Below, in pieces: positions 7,298-17,336 of a stretch of DNA of 64,000 nucleotides. The notes below the pieces were generated by a model. That model was not told where the DNA came from, did not search any database, and saw only the letters and a list, made by a program, of their open reading frames with translations. Both the position numbers and the translations under genes were made by a program. The stretch's first letter is position 1, and each line of letters begins with the position of its first letter. The DNA comes from Bacteroidaceae bacterium (GTDB taxonomy: Bacteria > Bacteroidota > Bacteroidia > Bacteroidales > Bacteroidaceae), in assembly GCA_045654645.1 (NCBI GenBank), contig JAZONR010000023.1:730-64729 (forward strand). Reading direction: 5' to 3'.

Positions 7298-9451
7298 TTA
7301 CTCTTCCTCCTTTACGGCAAGTTCCTCAACAAGCTTATTCTGCACATCGCCGGGAACAAGCTCATAGGTAGAAGGCGACATAATAAACGATGCACGTCCA
7401 CCGGTGAGCGAGCTCAATGTTGTAGAGTATGAAGCCATCTCTTTCAAGGGCACCTTGGCCGAGAGTTTCTCATAGCCATTCTCGCTCTCCATACCCATAA
7501 TCATACCGCGACGTCCCTGAATGTCGCTCATCACATCACCCATCTTATCCGAGGGGACAAAAACCTCAACATCATATACAGGCTCCAAAATCTTGGGACC
7601 CGCTTCGCGGAACGCTGCACTAAAGGCATTGCGGCCTGCAAGCATAAATGAGAGCTCGTTAGAATCAACCGGGTGCATCTTGCCATCATAAACAATAACA
7701 CGCACATCACGAGCATAAGAGCCGGTGAGCGGGCCACGCTCCATACGCTCCATAACACCCTTGAGAATTGCCGGCATAAAGCGGGCATCAATGCTACCAC
7801 CGACAATACTGTTCACAAACACAAGTTTACCACCCCACTCGAGTGTAACCTCTTCGGTAGCCTTGGCATTAATCTTTAGCTCCTGACCTCCGAAACGATA
7901 AACATCCTGTAATGGTTTACCCTCCTCATAAGGCTCCACAATCAAATGCACCTCGCCAAACTGTCCGGCACCACCCGACTGTTTCTTATGACGATAGTCG
8001 GCACGCGCAGCCTTGGTAATTGTCTCGCGGTAAGGAATCTTTGGCTCTTCATATTTAACCTGAATTTTCTCCACGTGCTCAAGGCGCCACTTCAACGTGC
8101 GAAGGTGGAACTCACCCTGTCCATAAACGATTGTCTGACGCAACTCCTTGGACTGCTCGATGCGCCAAGTGGGATCCTCCTCGTGCATACGGTTAAGCAC
8201 CTGCATCATCTTCTCAATCTCACTCTCATTCACGGGTTTAATGGCACGAGAATACTTTGAAGCGGGATATTTAACCAATGCAAACTTGTGGTTGCAATCC
8301 TTGGCATTGAGAGTGTTACCAATCTTGATATCCTTGAGCTTCACTGTGCAGCCAAGGTCGCCGGCCTTCAACTCATCAACAGCCACGCGGTTAGCACCGG
8401 CACTGCAGAAAATCTGAGCAATTCGCTCCTTTGAGCCACGGTCGGCATTCACAAGGTCATCGCCGGCCTTCAATGTACCGCTCATCACCTTGAAATAATT
8501 AACCTCACCGATATGAGGCTCTACTGATGTCTTGTAGAAGAATACCGATGTGGGAGCATCGCTGTTATAGGGGACTGTTTCACCCTCTGCATCAACAGGC
8601 TGTGGCATATCATCAATTTCGGGGGCCACATTTGCAAGGAACTCCAACAAACGACTCACCGCAACATCGGTTGAAGCCGAGCAGCAGAGAACGGGATATA
8701 CGCTATCTGTCTCAAGACCCAAACGTGCACCCTTGCGGATTTCATCCGTTGTCAATTCCTCACTCTCGAAGAACTTATCCATCAAGCCCTCCTCATTCTC
8801 GGCAGCCTTCTCAACAAGTTCCATATGCAACGCCTTGGCCTTCTCTACCTCACTTGCAGGAATGTCCTCAACAATAGGAGCCTTGCCCTCGCCAACGAAT
8901 GTAAGCTTCTTCATCAACAGAACATCAATGATGGTGCTGAAACCGGGGCCCGCATTCAACGGATACTGCACGGGTACAACCTTTGAGCCATAGATTGACT
9001 GCAACTGCTCAATAACAGAGTCATAGTCGCACTTCTCGTTATCAACCTGGTTCACAACGAACATCATAGGCTTCTTCATCTTCTTCACATAGCGGTAGCA
9101 GTTCTGTGTACCCACCTCAACGCCATACTGGCCGTTGATTACCATCATCGCCAGGTCGGCAACAGTCATTGCGCTCACCATACTGCCGACAAAATCATCC
9201 GAGCCCGGACAGTCGATAAGATTCAACTTCTTGCCGGCCTGCTCAATCTGGAATACAGTTGAAAACACCGAATAGCCATACTCCTGCTCTACAGGGAAGT
9301 AGTCGCTAACAGTGCTCTTTGCCTCAATTGTACCTCTACGTTTGATAATTCCACCCTCATAGAGCATAGCCTCTGTGAGAGTGGTTTTTCCAGAGCCGGA
9401 ACATCCTACGATTGCAATGTTCTTGATTTCGTTAGTTTGATAAGTTTTCAT
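7298..9451 (-). CDS. Elongation factor G paralog (EF-G2 type) with degenerate GTPase motifs
   Basis: 717 aa with the EF-G five-domain layout. The P-loop is GCSGSGKTT, switch II is DCPGSDDF (Ser where canonical EF-G has His), and G4 is NQVD instead of NKxD. Confidence 0.85.
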   Translation of the reverse strand: MKTYQTNEIKNIAIVGCSGSGKTTLTEAMLYEGGIIKRRGTIEAKSTVSDYFPVEQEYGYSVFSTVFQIEQAGKKLNLIDCPGSDDFVGSMVSAMTVADLAMMVINGQYGVEVGTQNCYRYVKKMKKPMMFVVNQVDNEKCDYDSVIEQLQSIYGSKVVPVQYPLNAGPGFSTIIDVLLMKKLTFVGEGKAPIVEDIPASEVEKAKALHMELVEKAAENEEGLMDKFFESEELTTDEIRKGARLGLETDSVYPVLCCSASTDVAVSRLLEFLANVAPEIDDMPQPVDAEGETVPYNSDAPTSVFFYKTSVEPHIGEVNYFKVMSGTLKAGDDLVNADRGSKERIAQIFCSAGANRVAVDELKAGDLGCTVKLKDIKIGNTLNAKDCNHKFALVKYPASKYSRAIKPVNESEIEKMMQVLNRMHEEDPTWRIEQSKELRQTIVYGQGEFHLRTLKWRLEHVEKIQVKYEEPKIPYRETITKAARADYRHKKQSGGAGQFGEVHLIVEPYEEGKPLQDVYRFGGQELKINAKATEEVTLEWGGKLVFVNSIVGGSIDARFMPAILKGVMERMERGPLTGSYARDVRVIVYDGKMHPVDSNELSFMLAGRNAFSAAFREAGPKILEPVYDVEVFVPSDKMGDVMSDIQGRRGMIMGMESENGYEKLSAKVPLKEMASYSTTLSSLTGGRASFIMSPSTYELVPGDVQNKLVEELAVKEEE

Positions 9452-9656
9452 ACTATTTTTGTTTTAATTAGGAAAAAGGAGAAGCAACAAAACAAATAAT
9501 CATCATCATTAACGACAGTCTTTACCTGCATCATCCACGAACTCCCGTTTCCAAGGTTAGTTAGTTTGTTTTTAAGTTTTATGTTGGCAATGTAGGAATT
9601 TTCCCAAACAAAAGCAAATAGAATGATAATGTTTTTTCAAAAAGAGAGAAAAAAAG

Positions 9657-9664
9657 TAACTTCG
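9657..9664 (+). promoter_or_regulatory. -7 promoter box TAACTTCG for hemW
   Basis: TAnnTTCG variant 28 nt upstream of ATG 9692. It lies inside the longer ORF-track reading frame, which argues for the shorter gene. Confidence 0.4.
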
Positions 9665-9691
9665 CAGCACATTTTTAACACAAAGCGACAA

Positions 9692-10819
9692 ATGGCCGGT
9701 ATTTATATACACATTCCCTTCTGCAAACAACGATGCAACTACTGCGCATTCTACTCCTCTACCTTATATAATATAAGAGAGGAATACACCAACGCCCTGT
9801 GTCGCGAAATTTCAATGCGCAAAGATTATGTAAGGGGAGAGACAATTGAAACAATTTACCTGGGAGGAGGAACACCATCCACTTTGGAAATATCACAGTT
9901 GCAACAGATATGCGACACCATATACGCAAACCACACTGTCAGCAATAATGCCGAGGTTACAATAGAATGTAACCCCGACGACCTCACACCCCAATTCCTT
10001 GCCAAGCTTAAGGAATTACCTTTCAACCGCATAAGTATGGGCATACAGAGTTTCGACGACGCGCAACTAAAGCGCCTTGGCCGCCGTCATAATGCCCGAA
10101 AGGCACAACAAGCCATAATTAATGCCCGTACTGCCGGCTATAACAACATAAGCATAGACCTGATGTTTGCGCTCCCCGGCTCAACAAAGGAGAGCTGGAG
10201 ACACGACCTTGAGTGCGCCATTGCGCTGAAACCCAACCACCTATCGGCCTATAACCTGATGTATGAAGAGGGCACCCCGCTGCACCGTGCCCTTGAGCGT
10301 GGCGACTTCGCCGAACTGAGCGAGGAAGAAAACGTGGAACAATTCGAGATGCTAATTACAAAACTGAAAAAAGCCGGCTACCACCACTATGAGATTTCCA
10401 ACTTTGCGCAGCCGGGATGCGAGAGCCGCCACAACAGCAGCTACTGGAACGACACTCCCTACATTGGCTGTGGAGCAGCAGCCCACTCCTACAACGGAAC
10501 ATCGCGCGAGTGGAACATCGCCGATATAAAGGGATACATCAAAGGCATTGAAAGCGGAGAACGCAACTATGAGATAGAACACCTGAACGAAGAAGAGCGC
10601 TACAACGATGCCGTACTCACCCGCCTGCGCACTGCAAAAGGAATTCCACTCGAGTGGATGAAAGAAAAATTCAACGCAAAGCTAAACAACCATATGCTGC
10701 GGATTGCCAAAAAAGAGATTGCCCTCGGCAACCTTAAAGAAGAAAAAGGACACCTATCACTCACCGAGAAGGGGATATTCATAAGCGATGCGGTGATAAG
10801 GGAGTTGATTTATATATAA
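9692..10819 (+). CDS. hemW: Radical SAM HemN-like protein (heme chaperone HemW / oxygen-independent coproporphyrinogen oxidase family)
   Basis: MAGIYIHIPFCKQRCNYCAFY carries the CxxxCxxC radical-SAM cluster at the N-terminus. A HemN_C-like tail follows. The start is trimmed from ORF 9623. Confidence 0.85.
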   Translation: MAGIYIHIPFCKQRCNYCAFYSSTLYNIREEYTNALCREISMRKDYVRGETIETIYLGGGTPSTLEISQLQQICDTIYANHTVSNNAEVTIECNPDDLTPQFLAKLKELPFNRISMGIQSFDDAQLKRLGRRHNARKAQQAIINARTAGYNNISIDLMFALPGSTKESWRHDLECAIALKPNHLSAYNLMYEEGTPLHRALERGDFAELSEEENVEQFEMLITKLKKAGYHHYEISNFAQPGCESRHNSSYWNDTPYIGCGAAAHSYNGTSREWNIADIKGYIKGIESGERNYEIEHLNEEERYNDAVLTRLRTAKGIPLEWMKEKFNAKLNNHMLRIAKKEIALGNLKEEKGHLSLTEKGIFISDAVIRELIYI

Positions 10820-10827
10820 ATATCCCT

Positions 10828-10867
10828 AACATTAACCGCCGCAGGCGTGCCTGCGGCGGTTAATGTT
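10828..10867. terminator. Bidirectional hairpin terminator
   Basis: Perfect 18-bp stem (aacattaaccgccgcagg / cctgcggcggttaatgtt) with a 4-nt loop, between convergent stops at 10819 and 10869. Confidence 0.85.
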
Positions 10868-10868
10868 A

Positions 10869-11159
10869 TCAGATTCTATCTCCCAAATAGCTCTTTAAGG
10901 CCATCACATACTCCTCAAAGGCCAAGATTCCTTCGGGTGTTATTGAGCAAGTCGTACGGGGCATTTTTCCTTTAAATCCCTTTTCCACCGTTATATACCC
11001 GGCTTTTTGCAATTTATCCAGCTGTACGCTCAAGTTGCCGGCAGTTGCATTTGTCCGCTCCTTAATGTACACAAAGTCGGCACTCTCTACAGTTATCAAC
11101 AAAGAGACAACTGCAAGACGAAGTTCGGAATGCAACAACGGATTAAGTTCTTTAAACAT
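10869..11159 (-). CDS. Small winged-helix (ArsR/MarR-like) transcriptional regulator
   Basis: 96 aa from ATG 11159: MFKELNPLLHSELRLAVVSLLITVESADFVYIKERTNATAGNLSVQLDKLQKAGYI. It overlaps the upstream membrane-protein gene by 8 nt. Confidence 0.7.
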   Translation of the reverse strand: MFKELNPLLHSELRLAVVSLLITVESADFVYIKERTNATAGNLSVQLDKLQKAGYITVEKGFKGKMPRTTCSITPEGILAFEEYVMALKSYLGDRI

Positions 11160-11772
11160 TTTTCTTACGGTTAAGGATATGACCCGGAACAACAAGCAAC
11201 ATAAATATTATTACTGCAAAGATAATACATTCTATCAAATAAAGCCCACCATAACCAACATCTTGAATTGTATGGGAACGTACATAAACAAACTCGGCAA
11301 CAGTGAATGACACAGGCGAGATTATCGCAACTATCCCAATCCTTTTTACAACGTTGTCCTTAATGACAACGGCAGTCACGTATGTACCCACTCCCATAAG
11401 CACAACAACTGTGGAAAAGACACCGATACCAAAGCCATAATAAAAAGGAATAAACACCGAAGCAATGCCAATGCCTGTCCACACAGCACCCACACAGCGG
11501 TCTATATAGTTTACTGCACCACTCTCCTGCCTGTTGAGAGAAAGCATAAGCGGCCATCCTATCAAAGGTATCGCAAACCACAACCACAGGTATGGCATAA
11601 AGTCATCAACACAAGCCACAATCAAAGCCTGTATTATTGAAACGAACACAGTTGTATAGCCCCAGACAAGAAAAGGTGTTCCAAAATTCCTTCCCATTCG
11701 CGCGCGTGAATCATTTATCATTGAGGTGATAAGTTCGAGACTCTCGGCCTCATTCATTTTTCTTTCTTCCAT
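11152..11772 (-). CDS. Polytopic membrane protein of unknown function, translationally coupled to the wHTH regulator
   Basis: 206 aa with about 6 hydrophobic helices after a 30-aa soluble N-terminus. No catalytic motif was recognised. Confidence 0.6.
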   Translation of the reverse strand: MEERKMNEAESLELITSMINDSRARMGRNFGTPFLVWGYTTVFVSIIQALIVACVDDFMPYLWLWFAIPLIGWPLMLSLNRQESGAVNYIDRCVGAVWTGIGIASVFIPFYYGFGIGVFSTVVVLMGVGTYVTAVVIKDNVVKRIGIVAIISPVSFTVAEFVYVRSHTIQDVGYGGLYLIECIIFAVIIFMLLVVPGHILNRKKNV

Positions 11773-11890
11773 AATAATAATTTTATTTGTAAAACATCAA
11801 GTAGAAATGGATATCCGCCACAAAAATAAAGTAGTTTATTTTATAAACCAAATGTTTTTTATTATATTTTTGGAGAATGGAAAAACAACA

Positions 11891-11925
11891 CAAAAAAATC
11901 GGAGTGCCCAAACGGACACTCCGAT
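11891..11925 (-). terminator. Intrinsic terminator after glmM
   Basis: Stem atcggagtg / cactccgat, followed by a U-run on the minus strand. It lies 21 nt after the glmM stop. Confidence 0.65.
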
Positions 11926-11945
11926 AATATAATTTATAATTTCAA

Positions 11946-13334
11946 TTACATCAAGCTGTTTGCAAGTGCAAGAATTTCCTCACCAATTGCATCGGCTGCC
12001 TCCTGGGTGGGACCTTCGGAATAGATGCGGATGATTGGCTCGGTGTTGCTCTTGCGCAAGTGCACCCAAGTCTCGGGAAAGTCGAGTTTCACACCATCAA
12101 CAGTGTTTATCTCGGCCTTACCTGCGTATGTAGACTTAATCTTCTCAAGAATAACATCAACATCGCATCCGGGCTTCAAGTCAATGCGGTTCTTGCCCAT
12201 AAAGTAGGCAGGGTATGTTGCACGAAGCTCGCTCACTGTCTTCTTCTCGTGAGCAAGGTGGCTAAGGAACAGACAGATACCCACCAATGCGTCGCGACCT
12301 GCGTGGCAAGCGGGATAGATGACACCACCATTACCCTCGCCACCGATAACGGCATTTGTCTCGCGCATCTTGGTAACCACATTCACCTCACCAACAGCCG
12401 ATGCTGTGTAGGTACAACCGTGAGCGTTGGTTACATCGCGCAAAGCACGTGTTGAGCTGAGGTTGGAAACGGTATTTCCGGGAGTGTGCTTGAGCACATA
12501 ATCGGCAACTGTTACAAGTGTATACTCCTCGCCATACATCTCGCCATTCTCGCAGATGATTGCAAGACGGTCTACGTCGGGGTCCACAACAAAGGCAACA
12601 TCATTGCCACCCTTTGCCATAAGCCCCATAATGTCGCCAAGATTCTTTGCAAGAGGCTCGGGGTTGTGCTGGAAATCGCCGGTGGGCTCGCAGTAGAGCT
12701 TGTCTACCTTAGTAACACCCAGTTTCTCGAACAGTTTGGGAAGAATTACGCCACCCACTGAGTTCACACAATCAATTGCTACCTTAAAACCGGCAGCCTT
12801 GATAGCCTCAACATCAACAAGAGGCAAGGCAAGCACTGCTTCAATATGCTTATCATCGTATGTATCATCAAGACGATATTTGCCAAGAGTCTCAACGTCG
12901 GCATAATCAAACTCTTCGGCAGCAGCAATGCGCAGAACCTCCTGTCCCTCGGCAGCATTCAAGAACTCGCCCTTCTCGTTGAGAAGTTTCAAAGCATTCC
13001 ACTGACGGGGGTTGTGGCTTGCAGTGAGAATTATACCTCCACAGGCATCCTCCATTGTAACAGCAACCTCGGTTGTGGGGGTAGAAGCAAGACCTATGTC
13101 CACAACATCGAAGCCCATACCCATAAGAGTTCCGCAAACAATTTTATTTACCATTTCGCCCGACAGACGCGCATCACGTCCAACAACGATTTTGTTGCTT
13201 GTCTTTGTTGTTGTCTTGCGAATGAGAGCCGCATAGGCCGAAGTGAGCTTGACAACATCGAGTGGAGTGAGACCTTCATCGGCCCTACCGCCGATAGTAC
13301 CTCTAATACCTGAAATTGATTTAATGAGTGTCAT
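11946..13334 (-). CDS. glmM: Phosphoglucosamine mutase (alpha-D-phosphohexomutase family)
   Basis: 462 aa beginning MTLIKSISGIRGTIGG. The active-site loop is TASHNP and the metal loop is VVDPDVDR. Confidence 0.85.
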   Translation of the reverse strand: MTLIKSISGIRGTIGGRADEGLTPLDVVKLTSAYAALIRKTTTKTSNKIVVGRDARLSGEMVNKIVCGTLMGMGFDVVDIGLASTPTTEVAVTMEDACGGIILTASHNPRQWNALKLLNEKGEFLNAAEGQEVLRIAAAEEFDYADVETLGKYRLDDTYDDKHIEAVLALPLVDVEAIKAAGFKVAIDCVNSVGGVILPKLFEKLGVTKVDKLYCEPTGDFQHNPEPLAKNLGDIMGLMAKGGNDVAFVVDPDVDRLAIICENGEMYGEEYTLVTVADYVLKHTPGNTVSNLSSTRALRDVTNAHGCTYTASAVGEVNVVTKMRETNAVIGGEGNGGVIYPACHAGRDALVGICLFLSHLAHEKKTVSELRATYPAYFMGKNRIDLKPGCDVDVILEKIKSTYAGKAEINTVDGVKLDFPETWVHLRKSNTEPIIRIYSEGPTQEAADAIGEEILALANSLM

Positions 13335-13353
13335 ATTTATAAAAAATAAGTTG

Positions 13354-14028
13354 TTATTCCTGCTTCATTATTGCCACACTGGGCTGATATGTTATCTGAT
13401 AACGACAAGGATAGACATACATTGTGGCATTTGAAGTGCCCTTGGTGTGAGGAACAATCAAGTTCACCTTGGCCAAATTACTTTGCGAGCGTGTAAAGCT
13501 GAGGAAGCGCAATGGCACAAGCCAACCGGCAGGCACAGCTGCTCCGTACATCTCTTTCATCATTCCCGAAGTGAATGTTGCCGAATAGGAGCCACTCTTG
13601 TTTGTTACACGCATCTCATCAGGGTCGGGATAGAAAGTGTTGCCCGATATTGTATCACCATCCTGTATATTGTACTCAAAATAACGCACAAGCATATCAC
13701 AGTTACTATCTTCGGCAATGCGATGGGCGCCCGGGACATCTTTGGGGTTTCTCACAATCTGCATATACACCTCATCTACCTCAACATATTCGTTCCTGGC
13801 CACATCGGTAACCGAGTCATTGGCAATAAATTTATCATAAGAGATAATCCTTATTCCCTCGGACTTCAAATAATTCTTCACAGCCTCGCGCTCCTTCTCC
13901 TTCATCTCGGAATAGGTTACAGCATCATCACACGATGCAAGCAGCGCAAAAAGCGCAACCAGCAACACAAGCGGGGTCTGTTTCAATATGTTGATTTTCA
14001 CGTTACCTGCAATCTTTTTTCTATTCAT
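13354..14028 (-). CDS. Lipoprotein of unknown function (recalls DUF4827, commonly upstream of glmM in Bacteroidales)
   Basis: Signal/lipobox is MNRKKIAGNVKINILKQTPLVLLVALFALLASC/DD from ATG 14028. A TATCTTCG box 22 nt upstream supports this start over 14094. Confidence 0.55.
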   Translation of the reverse strand: MNRKKIAGNVKINILKQTPLVLLVALFALLASCDDAVTYSEMKEKEREAVKNYLKSEGIRIISYDKFIANDSVTDVARNEYVEVDEVYMQIVRNPKDVPGAHRIAEDSNCDMLVRYFEYNIQDGDTISGNTFYPDPDEMRVTNKSGSYSATFTSGMMKEMYGAAVPAGWLVPLRFLSFTRSQSNLAKVNLIVPHTKGTSNATMYVYPCRYQITYQPSVAIMKQE

Positions 14029-14049
14029 TTCCAAAAATACAATTTTCTG

Positions 14050-14057
14050 CGAAGATA
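14050..14057 (-). promoter_or_regulatory. -7 promoter box TATCTTCG
   Basis: Exact recurrent octamer 22 nt upstream of ATG 14028. Confidence 0.45.
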
Positions 14058-14116
14058 CCAAAACAATTGCACAAAAACAAAATGCCGATAACAAAAAACC
14101 TTAAAAACGGCACTAT

Positions 14117-15148
14117 TCACTCGGTGAGTAATGCCTTGTATTTTTGTATAGCCTGCCTGAAGCGCTCCACAGCCATATTCATTGTGCAATGAAGTTCACC
14201 TCCCGAGGCGTTCTTGTGCCCACCGCCGTTGAAAAATTCCGCCGCCATCTCATTGCAAGGAAAATCATCGACACTGCGCAAAGAAACGTTTATTTTGCCG
14301 GGCTGCTCTTCACGCAAAAAACAGGAAAGACGCACCCCCTTTATCTGCAAGGGTTGATTTACCAGGCCGTCGGTATCGCCCTTGGATGAATAGAAACGCA
14401 TCAGCTCCCCGTGAGAAAGCGTGATGAGAGCTGCATTGTATTTGTTATAATGCTTGAGTTTGTCGCACATTGCATAGCCCCACATACGCATTTTTGAGAG
14501 CGAAGCATTATAAAAGACCTTGCGATATATTGCATCCTTGTCAATGCCTTTGCCAAGAAGCTCGGCAACTATAAGATAGATATCCTTGCGAGTAGATGCA
14601 TAGGCAAATGACCCCGTATCGGTCATCATTCCGGTGTAGATACACTGCGCCATATCAAATGAGAGTTGTTCCAACCCGGAAAGCCCGGTTAGCACACGAT
14701 AGACAAGCTCAGCCGTGGAGCAAGCCTCGGGAGCCGAAACAAGGATATCAAACTCATCGGAGGGCTGCAAGTGGTGGTCTATAAGCACCTTCACGGCACC
14801 CGCACCGGCAACAGTTGTCGCCGCATCACCCAAACGTGAAAGCTGATTAAAGTCGAGACAAAAGAGTGCATCGGCCGAAGTTATAGCCCTATCGGCAGCC
14901 TCTTTGTCGGCATCATAGAACAGCACCTCGCCCGCCAGGGGCAGCCACGCCAAATTCGCAGGAAAGGCATTGGGCAGCACAACCGTAACGCCCTTGCCCA
15001 CACTGCGCAGAAAGAGAGCGAGCGCCAATGACGAGCCAACAGCATCACCATCGGGATTCTTATGAGCAAGCACAACACAACGTGCCGCTTTAGTGAGCAG
15101 TTGCCCTATTCTGTCAAGGGCATCCTGCGGAAAAATCGTTTCAAGCAT
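14117..15148 (-). CDS. nrnA: DHH/DHHA1 phosphoesterase (NrnA-like oligoribonuclease / pAp phosphatase)
   Basis: 343 aa with HKNPDGDAVGS, DHH (LIDHHL) and GGGHKNASGG motifs. Confidence 0.8.
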   Translation of the reverse strand: MLETIFPQDALDRIGQLLTKAARCVVLAHKNPDGDAVGSSLALALFLRSVGKGVTVVLPNAFPANLAWLPLAGEVLFYDADKEAADRAITSADALFCLDFNQLSRLGDAATTVAGAGAVKVLIDHHLQPSDEFDILVSAPEACSTAELVYRVLTGLSGLEQLSFDMAQCIYTGMMTDTGSFAYASTRKDIYLIVAELLGKGIDKDAIYRKVFYNASLSKMRMWGYAMCDKLKHYNKYNAALITLSHGELMRFYSSKGDTDGLVNQPLQIKGVRLSCFLREEQPGKINVSLRSVDDFPCNEMAAEFFNGGGHKNASGGELHCTMNMAVERFRQAIQKYKALLTE

Positions 15149-15172
15149 ATAATATCGCAGTTAAAAACAACA

Positions 15173-15180
15173 CGAAGATA
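15173..15180 (-). promoter_or_regulatory. -7 promoter box TATCTTCG for nrnA
   Basis: Exact octamer 25 nt upstream of ATG 15148. Confidence 0.45.
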
Positions 15181-15219
15181 CAACAGCAACGCGGAAAAAC
15201 AGCATTCCACACCCTCTTT

Positions 15220-17334
15220 TTATCTCCCTTTTAGCGGAATCGCGGCAAAATCATCGCCTTGCGGCACTATTTTCACTGCACCAATGGCAGAAATATCAAC
15301 CGGTACAATGTCAAGAAACTCACACTCGCGCAAAATTCTGCTGCGGCTGCGAGCATAAAGCGAAGCATCAAGCACAAGGCAGCTAAAGGGATAAACCTCA
15401 CACAATTCCTTTATACTGCCAAGAAAACCACGACAAAGAAGCACCACATCCGTTGGCTCGGCATAAATATTTTCACGCCACAAATCATCGGACAAGAGAC
15501 GCACCTTCACACCTTTATAATGCAACAAACCGTCATCACACACAAAAAGCCCTGTTGCATAATCTCCATCAACCCACACAGGGTTAGGCAACCCCTCGCG
15601 CTTAACAAACGGCAATGAGGAATATTCATACTCGGCATCCAGTTGCGGCACTGTTGAGAGAAGCCAATTCTCCCCGCTTGGAGAAACAATATGCAAAAGC
15701 GGATTCTTCCTATTGTTATAAATTATAACTCCATCCAGTTCTTCATCAGGCTGTGGGGCAACAACCTTCACAACACACAAAACAGCCACACAACCCGCCA
15801 CAACACCCACAAGCCACCATCGGCGCACAGCAATACCATAGACAACAAGCCACAGCAACAAAGCGACCAGCAGCGCCCCGGCAACGCCTATTTGAGGCAG
15901 AGCAACAGACGCCCCGGGCAATGAAGAAATAAATGAAACACCGTCATTCATAAAACCCACCACCCAAAACAGCACAGACGACAATGGCTGCTGCAACACC
16001 GGCAACAAAGCAAGCCCAAGCACCGGCAACGCAAGCGCTATCACCACAAAAGCAAGCGGAACAACCAAAATATTTGTCAATAGAGAATAGAGAGGTAACA
16101 CTCCAAAATGATACCACAAGATTGGCAATGTTCCAATTTGCGCCACAAAGGGAAGAATGAGAAGATTGGCTACATAGCCATATAGTCGCCCGTGCCTCTC
16201 TACCCCTAAAAGCATTTGCAATTCAGGAGCAAGCAACACAATGGAGAGCACTGCCGCAAATGAGAGTTGAAAGCTTACATCGAACAACAGATGCGGTGCA
16301 AACAACAGCATCACAATTGCAGCGAACGCCAAAGAACTTAATGAAGAACTCTCCTGCTGCAAGCAACGCCCCAAAGATATCAGCGTGAAAAGAATTGCCG
16401 CACGCACCACCGACGGCGTGGCACCAGCAACAAAAACAAAGCACCACAGCACAGAGACCACAAGCAGTTCCCTGACCACAACAACCACACGCCTGCGCCC
16501 GCGCAGTGGTAGCAAAATAGTGAGAAGCAAATATAGTATTCCCAGATGAAGCCCCGAGAGTGCAAGCACGTGGCTGGCCCCGGCAGCAGTATAACTCTCT
16601 TTCAGTTCGCGCGGGAAGTCGCGTTTCTCTCCAACAGTGAGTGCCGAAAGAAGAGCAACGCTATTAGTGTCCGGGCCAAGCTGCTCATAGAGCCGCACCA
16701 CCCTTTCGCGCAGCATAAGCGCACGCATTGCAAGCGTAAGCTCACCCTTTCCCCATTGCCGCCACTTACCGTCGGCAACAAACGCCGAGCCACTTATTCC
16801 TTTTATATAATAATGCTTTTCAACATCAAATTCAGCCGGGTTACCGGCATTATGCGGTGGCAACACACTTCCTTCGAAACGTATAATATCGCCAACAGAG
16901 AGAGCGTCGCTCTCTATTGAGCGTGTAAAATAGAGATACACATCTCCACGCTTGCGCCCCATTGGCAATGAAGCGCTGTCGAGCAACTTCACATCTGCAA
17001 GCACGCCAACACTGTTGCCCTTGCAAGAGGGAACTTCGAGTAACCGTGCTTCATAGAGCGACTTCTCATCGCTCCACCGCGGAGCCTTCTCGCCTCGGCT
17101 GCAGCACTCAACAAAAGCCCCTGCCGAAAACATAACAAACAGCGCGCCTACACCAAAAAGCCATTTAGGTGCAATGTGCAGAAGGCCAAACAGCATAACA
17201 AACAGCGCCACACACAGCAATGCCACAATCGGCAGCATAGCAATTCCGCTATGCCACGCAACAGCAATGCCCAGCATAAGCGGCACTGCCAACCTAAGCA
17301 ATGGATTTCCTTTCAGCAGATTATTTTCGGCCAC
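15220..17334 (-). CDS. comEC: ComEC/Rec2-family DNA internalisation channel protein
   Basis: 704 aa. It has many TM helices, a competence-domain region (SGLHLGILYLL...) and a C-terminal soluble domain. The apparent start is GTG, 2 nt after the rpe stop. Confidence 0.8.
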   Translation of the reverse strand: MAENNLLKGNPLLRLAVPLMLGIAVAWHSGIAMLPIVALLCVALFVMLFGLLHIAPKWLFGVGALFVMFSAGAFVECCSRGEKAPRWSDEKSLYEARLLEVPSCKGNSVGVLADVKLLDSASLPMGRKRGDVYLYFTRSIESDALSVGDIIRFEGSVLPPHNAGNPAEFDVEKHYYIKGISGSAFVADGKWRQWGKGELTLAMRALMLRERVVRLYEQLGPDTNSVALLSALTVGEKRDFPRELKESYTAAGASHVLALSGLHLGILYLLLTILLPLRGRRRVVVVVRELLVVSVLWCFVFVAGATPSVVRAAILFTLISLGRCLQQESSSLSSLAFAAIVMLLFAPHLLFDVSFQLSFAAVLSIVLLAPELQMLLGVERHGRLYGYVANLLILPFVAQIGTLPILWYHFGVLPLYSLLTNILVVPLAFVVIALALPVLGLALLPVLQQPLSSVLFWVVGFMNDGVSFISSLPGASVALPQIGVAGALLVALLLWLVVYGIAVRRWWLVGVVAGCVAVLCVVKVVAPQPDEELDGVIIYNNRKNPLLHIVSPSGENWLLSTVPQLDAEYEYSSLPFVKREGLPNPVWVDGDYATGLFVCDDGLLHYKGVKVRLLSDDLWRENIYAEPTDVVLLCRGFLGSIKELCEVYPFSCLVLDASLYARSRSRILRECEFLDIVPVDISAIGAVKIVPQGDDFAAIPLKGR

Positions 17335-17336
17335 AG

